A DNA stretch of 61,812 nucleotides, filler included, from Bipalium vagum (lineage: Eukaryota), in NCBI GenBank assembly GCA_037834085.1. It is 3 parts of 3 records of this genome, joined end to end, with 100 filler letters (N's around TTAATTAATTAA, not from the genome) between each part and the next. Parts side by side here need not be neighbours in the genome. Positions count along the whole stretch, not along the records: positions 1 to 21,654 come from JBBMKC010234164.1; 2 more parts are not named here. One strand, written 5' to 3'. This document shows positions 1 to 12,700 of the stretch, in pieces. Position 1 is the stretch's first letter. Each line of letters opens with the position of its first letter. The notes beneath the pieces are model-generated. The model saw nothing but the letters and a program-made list of their open reading frames with translations. It did not search any database and had not been told where the DNA came from. A program made the position numbers and the translations under genes.

Positions 1-963
1 ATTTGTTGAGGCTATAACTTGAACTTCATCTAAAAAAGTTTTCATTATAATATTGTAATGACATTTAAAAATTAAAAAAATATTAAAATTTATTAATTAA
101 AAAAAATAAAGTAATAAATGATTAAAATGAAGAATTAAAACAAACCTCAATTTGGGGGTACGAGAACTGTAAATAATCCAAAAAATTATTACAAATAAAT
201 GTTTTATAATAATAAAAATATATTTGTTATAATAAGGCGTTTATGATTAAAATTTGGACGTTATTTAAATATAAACAGTAAAAATTAATTACCAATTCAT
301 TCAAAACATCTTAATTCTAAACGAAATTAAACAGAAAAACAAGTAAATTTATTATTTTATAATTATACTTGTTTTATGTAAAAATATAAAAATTTTGCAA
401 ATATTAATAAACATTTTAATTACCTTGGTTTAAAATTCATATAGATCAATTTTTTTTAAAGGAACTTATGAGATGAAATGTATCACATTACTGTGGGAAT
501 CGTCAATCAAAAGGAAAAGAAGATGAAAAGTTGTTGGGCAAGAGCACAGTTTGTCATCAAATATTGTTGCAATCACATTACGACTTTTTTCTTTATTTGA
601 TTACTGAGTATTTTAATTGTGATTTTATCATTGAACATTTTAGTTGTATCTGAACATTTAATGAATCTAGACATTTTAATATAATATGGATCTGAACATT
701 TTAATAATATTGCGAATTTATTATCAAACATTTTATAATTGTATTAGTGATTTAGTGGTAATAAAATTCAATTTTAATATCATTTTTTTAAATAAATAAA
801 ATAATATAAACTAATAATAATAATAAATTAAGTAATGATAATAAATTAAAATAAATAAATAATAATAAAGAAAAGAATACCTGAGGAAAGCAGTAGGCAG
901 TAGCTGAAATAAAAATGAAATATTAAATTTAAAATAAAAACAACCTACACAAAGTCAATAATG

Positions 964-1047
964 GGCTTTAAGCACCATAAGTAACATATGGAAAAAATAA
1001 TAGGCCTTAAGCACCATAAGTGGTATAAGGAAAAATTAGGCATTAAA
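964..1047. repeat. Degenerate ~39-bp tandem repeat (GGCYTTAAGCACCATAAGT core)
   Basis: Cores at 964-982 and 1003-1021 (1 mismatch); partial third copy at ~1037-1047. Confidence 0.8.
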
Positions 1048-1191
1048 ATAATAAAATAAAATCGATTTAATCAAAATAATATAATAAATTAAAGATAATA
1101 AAATATGATTAGAAGTACCAAAATAATATAATAAAATCTATTTAACCAAAATAAATTGATTAAAGATAATAAAACCAATTAAAATAATAAA

Positions 1192-1324
1192 TGACGTCAG
1201 TAAAAAGTTTTTTTACATAATGACGTCAATTAATAAAGTAAAAAGGGGAAATAAAGTCATTTGCAAATGCACCAATGGCAATCACAGGAATGCTGACACA
1301 CATGATAAAAAAATAGTATAAATA
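1192..1324 (+). promoter_or_regulatory. Pol II promoter-like module (2x CRE, CCAAT, TATA)
   Basis: TGACGTCA at 1192-1199 and 1221-1228, CCAAT at 1272-1276, TATAAATA at 1317-1324, in canonical order. Confidence 0.45.
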
Positions 1325-3764
1325 CCCGGAGAAAAATCATAAAAATTCGCCTTCAAAATTTCTAAAAGTTAGTTTATCAGAACTAAAAAACGAAATTTGA
1401 AAATTATTGTGATTTTATCATCTATTTATTTTGACAATTCAACTACTATTACTGACTAATGTATATATTTTTTTGTTATAGAAAATAAAGTTTATTGTGA
1501 TTATTTTGATTCATTAATAAAAGAGAACGCCAGAAACAAAAATTAAAGGATTAGTAAATTGTGAGGTCGAGGTTATAAAATATTAACACTTTTTGGGGCG
1601 AATTTCCACATCACTTTATAACTTTTCATGATTTTTATTATGATATTTATAAAAATAATGAAGCATGAGCATAACTTATAATTTAGAGGTTTCTGTTATA
1701 AATTTGTTACTTACTCAAAACTTAACGTGGCTCGTTTATTTCAATAATGATCAGAAGGATTTAGAGTGTGTCACGTTCCTTTTATTTTATAAGAGGTTGT
1801 GTTTATTTATTTTTTAATCGACTGGGGGACTGAAAAGTAGTGCAAGTAATCAATATATTAGATGTGATTTTTTAATCGAATTGATAACTGAAACTGATGT
1901 GAATACAACTTTAAATTAAACACTTCAATAAAAATAAAAAATATTTTACAAAGACAAATTAAAAATGTTATTTAAATTTTATATTATATTATATTTATAT
2001 TTTATTAAATTTTAATATCAAAACTTTGTTGAACAAAAAATTATTATTATTATTATTGATAAATCCCGGAGAAATGTTAAAGTACAGTGATTAGATTATG
2101 CTCTTCGCTATCTTAGCCTCAAGAGCCCTCAAAAGTAAAAAGCGCTTCTCCTCCCTACTTGAAGTTGAAAAGGCAAAAAAAAATAATAAGAAAAACAAAA
2201 AAATCAGGAATAATTTTGAGTCATGCACAATGTTTTTAAAAAGATCTCTTTTGCGTTTCATTTCCTGGAAGTTTGCCTGGGAGTAGTCCCCAGAAATTAT
2301 AACATTTAATTACAGGAGAATAAAAAATATCTAAGTGTTATGAAAATCGTGAATTAATTATAAATTTAATTAAATTATGAATTACTTAATCTTTAACATT
2401 AATAGTGCAGTCTCCTAATCACATTTTTACAGACTAACCTGGTACAAAGAGTTGTATTTTATTGTTAAAACTAAAATTCGATCAATTTATATTTCTAGAG
2501 CTTAGTAGCTTATGATGATGATGATATCTCAGCATAAGATTTTTCTTTTTATTATTGGTCGTAAATAAAGTATTTAGTTAATATTTCGAAGAAAATCTAT
2601 CATATCAAATTTAATTTCTTTTGTTGGATTCGTTTTTACAGTGCTTGGGATCCTGGTGATGAAACTGATAACATGACTGAAAAATCTCAGTAACACCTAT
2701 TTGAACACACTTCTATGAATATGTTAACAATTTTATTAACAAACTTTTTTATTTATATTATTTAATATATTTTTGTAAGACTTCAAAAAAATTCATTCAA
2801 TCGAGTCAACTGGATAAAAATCGAAGGGAACGTAATGATTACAATTTCTACTTTTATCTAACCCAGAGATTTATGATTAATACTCATTGAAATTTTATAA
2901 TTTTTGTTATCACGAAGACTAATCTTCTATAAAATAACTTAATGCCAAGAAATAAAGCTAAATAGACTGCATTTAAAGTACCTATAATTTATCAGTGGTT
3001 AAATAAAAAAATATTATTCTAAATTTATTGTACTTTAAAATCAAAATATTTTGATGAGAATTAAAAATAAAAATGCTTCTGATGAAATTGAAAACAAAAC
3101 CAACTGACTGTTGTAGATCAATTTAGTACTACTGGTGCAACTTCTTTAACTGACATTAATTTTCAAAATTTTGAGATATTGTTATTACATATTAGTAATG
3201 TTTAAAAAAATTAATAAAATTACAAATGGTTGGCGTATTTTATGTATAAAATATTGAATTTCAACATTTTCTTATTCAACTGCATTAAAACAGTTAATTT
3301 TTATTGAACCCGAAAAATATTAAGTCAATTTGTAAATAATGATAAAATAACGTTAACAAATCAATGTCAGAATTTGAAGTTATTAAAATGTTAGGTGGAA
3401 TTTTATAAATCAAATTCTAAAAATTAATTGACAATCTCAAAATTAAATGAGTTTTAAATATTAAAATTTGATTTAACTTAATAATTTGACTTACCTTCCT
3501 TATTTGTTGCATTTTATAAAATTATATAAAAAGCAAAATTTTCCACATATTTATAATTATTCCATTTTATTGTTATAATATACAAAAACAAAATAATTCA
3601 AACGAAAAAATTCGCTCTAGATTTAATTAAAGACCTTCAAATAAATAAAACTATATATAATTTTCAAACTGCATTTCACTTGACCGCCATTATAATTTAT
3701 GACTGCTTATATGTCGACCTATTTTCAAAACATATTTATGATTTTTTATTCATGAAATTTTAGT

Positions 3765-6700
3765 ATGAATTTTTTCAATGGAAATATCGCAACTTCAATT
3801 ACCAACAATCAAAACGTTCATTTTATGAATGAAAATGATAAAATCAACTTCAATTGTCGAGAGGAAATAGTTCAAAATCCGGTCAACCTACAAAATTCCT
3901 ATTCTTTTAATATGCCTTTAACCGGATTAAATATTAATAATATATCAATAAATGAGCCCAATATTCAACTCATCAATAATTCCGTCAATGAAAACTATGC
4001 CGATGTCAAAGTAACATTGATCAATATTGGAGAAAATCAGTTCATTCTTTTGACTCCGATTTCACAAAGTGAATCCTTAATGAATATCAATTTTGATAAT
4101 AACAATCAAAACTTGATTAATTCCAATTTGGATAGTAATCTTCACCTGTTGATGAAATCAGATTTCTCCCATCCAAACTCCACGGTCAATGCAAACTCGA
4201 AAACTTTGTTACCTCCCATTAGTGCGATGTCTGAAAAGTTGAACATTAGATCTGAAATCGCTAACCCCACTCATTTCAATGAACCGCTTTACAGCCAGAT
4301 TAAGTATGAATCGATAATCAATGAAAACAATATCACAGTGGATACGGACATGAAAATGTTGAAAATAGAAAATTTTTCATTACTGTCAAACATGGATTCA
4401 GATATCAGAAAACAGGATCAAGAAAATATCGACACTTGTCCGGGAGATTTGTCGTTTAATTCAAGTGCAATGAATTTTAGCGATTTGGAAAACGATAATA
4501 TTTTGAAGAGGGAAATTAAAAATAATGGCAATGGCTGGAATGAAAGTAATTAACAATTTTTGGATGTATTAGTGAAAAAAATATTAATTTTAAAAAATGA
4601 AGAAAATTTTAAAGTGTTTAACATTATAATATTGATCTGTTACAAAAATGAGTTATTAATTAATGGTTGATTATTAATTATATTTCTTTAAACATTTTGA
4701 GATTCTTTCAAACTCCCAACTTTATGAAAGACTAAATCATGTTTGTGTCATTATTTTTCATTTTAATATGAAAATTTTATATTAATGATAAATTATAATG
4801 ATAAATTTTTAATAATTTTCAATCACATAAGATTGTTGATTTAATGTATGAGCAAAATAATAATTGAGTTATATTTTAAGAAGCATTTTCACAATTTTAT
4901 TACTTTTCGTTATTTATATTTTTGATGAGTCAATAATTTTTAATGTTATCTCAAAATAAAGGTCTTTTCACAATGTTTAATAACTTTCAAAATTTTTAAT
5001 AACTACTGGAATTTTCACTGGCTTTATTAATGCTGCTTAAGACTTATATACTCTTACAATGGAGTTTGGAAATTAATGTCCAACTCGGTTGAAATTTGTT
5101 TCAAAGACTTTCCTTCATCATTATTAAAATCATTATGTATGTACTTACATAAAATGCAATACCTGATTCATATTTAAGACAATTTCTTTTATTCTGTTGT
5201 CTAAATGTTTTTACTGCCATTTTTAATTGTAGGTTTGATAAATGTAGTAATGATAAAAATGATTTTCTTTAAACAATTTTAAAAATTATTAAACATTTCA
5301 AAAATTTTAATAAGCAATCTGAAAGACCATGTAATTAGTCTTAATTATGATAGAAAAATTTTTAAATGTTATTTGTTTTCAAATCTAATAATTATTATTC
5401 TAATTTTTTTTATTTTACACCCTTTAAAGTTTGAATTGGTAGTAAAATATCTTAAATGTTATAAAATCCATAAACTGATTATATTTTGTTTATAACCAAT
5501 ATATTCCAAGGTAAAATTTTGGTTAATTTTAATTCCAAAATGAAATATTCTATGCCAATGTGGAATTTAGTTAATGATATAAAAGATTCATTTTAATTGT
5601 TTTGAAAGTATTCGATAAAATTTCGGAATTAAAACCAAATCGTTCTTTTCTGGGAAAAAATGTCTAGGAAATTAGTTTTAGAAATTTCTTATAGATCGTC
5701 TGTTGCGTTCATTGGATGTAACAGTGATTAAATTGCACTTTTCAGGTCATAATATTTATTAATATTTGAGGTATGGTTTTATCTAATGATTATTAGGAAA
5801 AGTTCCTGGTTTGGAAATTAATCATTTTTCCGTGATTCATTTTAAAATAATGTCAAATATCCAATTTGTTTGAAGTTTTGGTTTTTTAAAGCACGTAGGA
5901 TTTTCTACACGACAGGATATTTGCTTAAATCGTTAGCAGACAACACTGTTGACATTGAAACATTAAAAAATGAATTCGATTTCAACATTTTTCTGGATTC
6001 GCTTTCCCAACAATAGATTGAGCCAATTTACAATGTCCAATTATTTTCTAATTTCAACAAATATCAGTTCATTAATAAATATATAATGGGTAGGGGTGTC
6101 TGGTAAAATATCGTTCACAGTATTTATTATTTATTTATATTTTGTAATGTGGAATCCAAAACGAAAATTGGTTTTGATAAAAGTTTTTAAAACAGTTAAT
6201 TAAAAATATAATCAAAAATTGGAATTTTAATGTCATTCATCAGCTCATAGAGAGAAAGCATAAATTATCAGTGACATTTCAATGAAGAAAATGTAGGTGT
6301 TGAGCAATTAATCATTTTTATCGTTTTTTCAATAGACTAATCCATTGTCACAAATACATCATATATTCTGTATTTATTTTATGACTTCTTCATTCTGTAG
6401 GAGTCAGATTATCAATTTCAGTTTTGTTGTCAAATTCTTTCTGGAAAGGTTTCCAAGAAAAAAATCAAATTCCAATTTTTTATTTTTTATAAATGGATTT
6501 AACTTTTGAAAGATGGAATAAATTTTTAAGAATTGCAAATTATTATTGAAAATATATTAACTTTACACTACTTAACAAACAATGTTAATAAAATTTATCG
6601 AAATGGATTCACAGTGAAGTTGCAATGTTCTGCATAGGTTTTAGTACTCTATTATTTTATCAGATGTTTATTCAACAATGACAAATAGAATTATCTGTTG

Positions 6701-9700
6701 CAGAATTTTATTTGTTTCATAAATGAAAATCATTGGGTACAAATTATTTTTCTTTAATATATTGTTGATATGGGAATGTAGGGAGTAGAATTAATTAACA
6801 ATTTTTCTTGCAAATATCATTAGAAGAGTTTTGTTTTAATTTTCATATTTTTATTTTTCTAATGATTTTAACCTGTATATGCTTAAGTAGAAAAATTGAC
6901 TAGGAGACACATATAATTGATAAAATCTGGTAACAAAATAAACAATGTTATTTATATTAATGAATATTTGTGATTTTAGTTTATTTTCAATGTCAGTATT
7001 GCAAAATTAATTTATATAAAAAGTATTTCTTAAATTTGTAATGTTGTAAAATTTCTATGAAAATGTGGCAAGACCACAACTGAAATTGTAATTAAAAACT
7101 GCTGTTTTGGATATTATTTATGATATTAAAATTTACAATGATCAATTATAACCAACGAATTTTTACCATTTTCTACAATCTGTTTGAAAAGTTCTCTGAA
7201 AACGGTTTCCTGACAGTTATATTGTATTTTATTGTTTTTTTTTGTAAATTCTTTCCTATCCTTCTATTTTCAAATGTGCTCAATGTAGTAGTCAAAATCA
7301 TTCAATGTTATAATTTATGTGAATTTCTTTGAACTTCAAAACGCATCAAGTCTAGCATAGAAAACTAATTAAGCTTTTCTTTTATGGGACTAAAGCAATT
7401 TTAAGTTCACTTAACAAAATGCATTTTATATAATTAAGTAATTTTTTATTTTTCTTTGATCTTCTGATTTTAAATTCACTTAAACTTTACAATGTTATAA
7501 AGTTAAAATCATTATGTTCCTTATAATTTGTATTCTTAAATGTGAAAATTAATTTAAAATAATTTTTATATATTTAAAAATTGGAATTTATTTTTTTGAT
7601 AATTTAAATTAATAAAAATTAAAATTGCGGAAATTGAGTTGTAGATAATTTGAATATTGTAAAATTCTTTTTCATTCAGATTCTCCTTCAGAAAATACTG
7701 CGTCAAATTTCGGAAATGACGATTATAATTTCAACGACTTGTCGGATAATGCGGATTTAGAGGACTTAAACACCAAGGTCTTTTATATCATTATAATCTA
7801 TTAAAACATTTATTATATTCATACATGTTTTTTTACGGTTCCACAAGGCAATATATCTAGAAAAATATTATTCAAAAAATTCTTTTGAGAAAATAATACT
7901 TTCTAAATCACCTTGTTTATGTAAATACCAACTTTAGTAATGTAATTTAATCAATGAGAAGTCTATATAAATATCAGCGAGGCTCAATAACACAGATACC
8001 TTTATCTTATGCTTGAAAAATGATTTGAAAATAAAATGGAAAATAATAATGTCTTTTATACAAAGATACTTTTAATATCAGAAAATATTCATTTTGCTAG
8101 AATAATATTGTTTATTAACTTTTTTGTTTTGCAATGGTTAGTTTTTAACCATTCTTGATCAGGTTTCCTAAACACAGTGATCAAATTATGAACCAAGTCT
8201 AATTATTCATAAAAATGTATTTTCGACAGTAAACTGAAAAATGTGTCTTTATTTTCTCATTTTTCAATTTATTCTAGTTTAAATTTAAAAATATTTTTTA
8301 TTCTTCGAAAAAAATTACTTATATATAATAAAATATACAGCGAAATAAAGAGGTGCATCAGACAATGTCTCTCAAAACTTTATATTTCAACCAAGAATGT
8401 GCACTCTTTTTTGGTAAATTTTCCTTTGTCGAGCAACTGTTTAAGGACTCGATTAATTTGGGGAATTTGTACAAGTCTGGTTTAAAAATCAATTTTATAA
8501 TTTTGTCGAACTCACATTCTTATGACGTGATAGATCATAGAAAATCTAATTTACAAGTCTTCATTTTTGTTTGGTGTACAGTCGCTGAATATCGTTGGAA
8601 GGTTAATTGATGATCTGTATAAATTTGACGTCACCAAAAGAATTCAAGATTTCAAGAATATCGCTTACGCAATTATTATTTACATTGATTTTGATATATT
8701 AATTAACAAACCATGCACAGTTTTATGAAATGAATATACAGACCAACCAAAAGGTTTGCAAGTCTATAAGTAGTGGGCATATGTATAATTTTTTGTTAGA
8801 ATCATGCGTTACGAAATAGTACTTATATAATTTGGGATATTTTAAGGATTTTTTAAATCTTTCCTATGGAATTTAAAATCCCGTTTTTGAAAGTGATGTC
8901 ATCTTTGTTTTTTTGTCATTCAGATGTTATCTTTAATGAAAAATAAAGACTTAGGCTTAGGCTCATTAAAAAAATATTATGATACTTTTTCTCATCGATC
9001 GTTGTGAATTGGATTTGTTCCGATAAAAATATTTTTTTGTGATTGAGTTAAGTATCGGTAATATGTAATCTTTCACTTAGTTAACCGTTACTGATGTCTC
9101 CAAATTCCTTGAAACCTAACCGTGATTGTCATTGATATTAAGGTTTTTTTCAGAGTTTAACAAAAAACCAATTTTGACCGAACCCTTATTTTAATTATTA
9201 AAGTGTGAATGATTTTTGATAGCATTAAAATAAGAGTGAACGTTAACATATTAATTAAACTAGGCATGTCTGTTACTTTTGGAGCATTATGGTAATTTTA
9301 TATATTATTGACAAAGACATTTCTTTGACTATTATTATTTCTTATATACATATTAGTACAAATATATTTCCTTTATTTGTGGAAAACAAAAAAACAGTTA
9401 TTGACAATAGATGTCTTAAAATTATTAAAACACATTTTTAGTTGACATTACCTCCACTTAGTTTCTAAAAATGTTCATAAATATCAAAAATAAAAAAATT
9501 AAATGATAAAAGTGAAATTTAACTAAAAAATAAAAATTTTATGTACACCAAAAAGTTACTTTAAATGACTTTTTGGTTTGAAACAAGAAAGAAAATTTCA
9601 ATTTCTCTTATAAGAAAAAGGATGACAAGAATATTTTATGGGACACCTATCAAAATATTACGTAAAGAATTATACAACTTGAAAAATATTGATATCCTAT

Positions 9701-12700
9701 TTTCGTGTTTAATAAAAATCATTACATTAAATTATTAATATAATGAAAAACCTAATGCACACTACGTAAGTAAAATATTTAATTAGAAATAGCATTTTGA
9801 ATTTGTGAACACAATGTAGATTCTAAGGTAGATATCAGCTGTGTATGACCTATCATTCATAAAAACGAACGTTGTGCATTTGGGGGGATGCTTTTGTTCA
9901 TACAAAATTACTTGAAGGGAAACAACTTTCATAATGTTGATGATGTCATAAATTCTGTCATTGAGTTTGTTCTATTGGGATATAGTAGCGCTCATATATC
10001 ATGGTGATAGTAAGTAATGTGAAGTTTGTATCTTTAAATCAATTTAATTTAACTTTGATATCGTTTTCATTTTAATACCTTATTTATGAAAAAACGTTAC
10101 TTAACATACGGTACCATTAATAATTATATAAACGTGATCACAGTTTTTTTTAATTAACACAATGTGATTTTTGAAATTCTATTGCAAATTTAGTTTTACA
10201 TTTATCAAAAGGAAACAAGAAAACAGAAAACATGTTTATGACAGAATTTTGATACAACAAGAATGAAATACCTTACAAAAACTCTTTGTGAAAGGTCTTC
10301 GTGTTTTCAAATGACTACCGATTGCATATTTATTTTCAAGACATTTCTTGAAAAGCACATTATTAGTCTCAATCTGTTGTGAGAATAGGACTTATTCTCA
10401 CCTGGTAAGATTGCTATAAAATCGATTTAATCTTATCTCAAAGAATTAAATCAGTTGTAGGAAGACAATAATTTTTAATTTTCTTTAAACAGAAACTTTG
10501 TAAACACTTGTCTATTTTTAAAAGTTATTAATGATTTTTTATTTGATTTCTACAAAATTGAGAATAATTATTTTTAATAATTGATTAAATTGTGTTATTA
10601 ATGAAATTTTTATTATCTCAGTATTTTCCTTGCAAGTTTAATATTGGTAAGAAAAACGAAGGTTGTTTATATCTTGGGATAAATGCTGAAAGAAATATTG
10701 AGAATTTTATTTATTAATTTTTATTTTTATTAATTTTTTCTATTTTTGTATATTACATATTACAACAAAAAAGGGGACAAAGACCCATTTTAAATTGGTT
10801 ATCATGTTTCTGGTAAGAAAAATTTCAATCATTTTCACCATAAATTAACAGTGTAATTTCATTAATGGAATTGTTATCTTTTAGTATTTTTTGTCTATTT
10901 TTATACAAAGCTTAGACAGTGTTTTATATTTCTACTATGATAATATTTATTTTTTGATTAAATTATGTTTCTGTTTTCTTAAGGACTTCTTGAAAATTCT
11001 ATGGTTTGATAAATGTTCATTTTACGTTTTTTCTTTTGCATTGAATTTAAAATATTTCATTTTTCCACACAAATAAAATCAAAACAAACAGAAATTATTA
11101 AATAATAATTTTAATAAATTAAAAATTAAAGTAAATTATAATGTCAGGAATGTAGGTGATGTGGATATGAACTCCTTAAACTCATACAGAATTAAAATGA
11201 AGTAATGAAATTTTCTACAAAAAACAATTAATACATATAAATAAATATCATTGAATTTGTCTTAAATGGTAACCGCTTAATGACATTTTTTATCACGCTT
11301 TCTTTAAAAGTTGAATTTCACTGTGTTATTCGTTTTTTGCTTCTGAGGATTATAGAAAGAATTTGTCAGGTACGTGAAACATATGGAAATGAAACTCCAT
11401 AGAAGGGTACTATTTTTAATTGGAACAGAGGGCTTTCTTTTGACAGGAACACTGTACCTGAGGAAGAAAAAGTTGAGGACTAAATAAAATTGGCGAGGAA
11501 AAATTCGAAAAATTAAGATTTTCTGTGAAAAGATAGACAAATAACCCAGAGAAAGTTCTCTGTTAGACTTTTTTAATTTTTGAAGACTTTATGAACATGT
11601 TGGAATGAGAAAATCATGTAATCGTTTCGTCCCAATGTTTTGACAGCAGATTTGCATGAAAAGTGAATGCAAATGTTGAAAAAATCTGGCTACATTTCTT
11701 AGATGGAATTTTTTGAAGAATATTATAAAGGAGAATAAGACGGTATTGGGTATTTATATTTCCTATAGAAAGCGTGAGTCTTTTAGAAAAAACAAACCAA
11801 GATGCATTTTTCAAAGATCTCATCTCAGTGTTTTGTGATATGCGAAAGGTGTGATCACGACATTTTTCCGGAAATATTTGAATTGAACTACTACTACATA
11901 CTTCTTGCCGTAAGAAAATTACAACGCTTATAAAGAATCAAGAGCTATTACTTTTGTATGACAAAACTCAAGTTCTCACACATCTTCGAAATATGGAGGA
12001 ACTGTTGAAAAAAGCTTCTTGTTGGTTTGATACCAACCTTGCTCCTAGTGATTAAAAAAATTTACAAGAACAGAAGATTGAGTCCAAAGATTATCTCATA
12101 AGACTAGTATAAGATTTTCTCAATGAAAATGATGTATCTTCAGAAATGATCTTTTTTCATAAGTAAATCTATAGATGAAGTGCCTGAAAGTAGGTGATTA
12201 TATAGAATTTGATTCTGTGTTTACCCATATAGTTCATTTTTTATATAATAAAATAAAATATTTAATCTTAATATCATTCATATTTCTGTATGAGTCTAAA
12301 GGCTTTTAATCTACACCATAACTGTAAGAAAAGTACAAGAACTAATTAAAATCATTTTGATATATTTATGATCAATACGTTCACAGTAATGTTGAGAGGT
12401 TAGTTTTAAAAATATGAATCATATAAAATTTACAATTTTAATAAATGTTATTTGTTTATTTCTTATCTATTTTCAGAATTTGGCTCAGAGAATCAGTGCT
12501 GAGTTAAAAAGGTATAGTATACCACAAGCAGTTTTTGCGCAAAGAGTATTGTGTAGAAGTCAAGGAACCCTATCAGATCTTTTAAGAAATCCAAAGCCTT
12601 GGAGTAAATTAAAATCCGGTCGAGAAACATTTCGAAGAATGTGCAAATGGTTGAACGAACCTGAAGCGAATCGGATATCGCATTTAAGGACCGCAAGTTT

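Noticed and set aside
964-1047. CRISPR-like repeat-spacer array
   Set aside because: Only two good copies with short, similar spacers; eukaryotic context; no cas genes.
12640-12645. Trp-to-Cys change in the CUT domain (RRMCKW)
   Set aside because: As I recall, this position varies among invertebrate onecut proteins; not remarkable.
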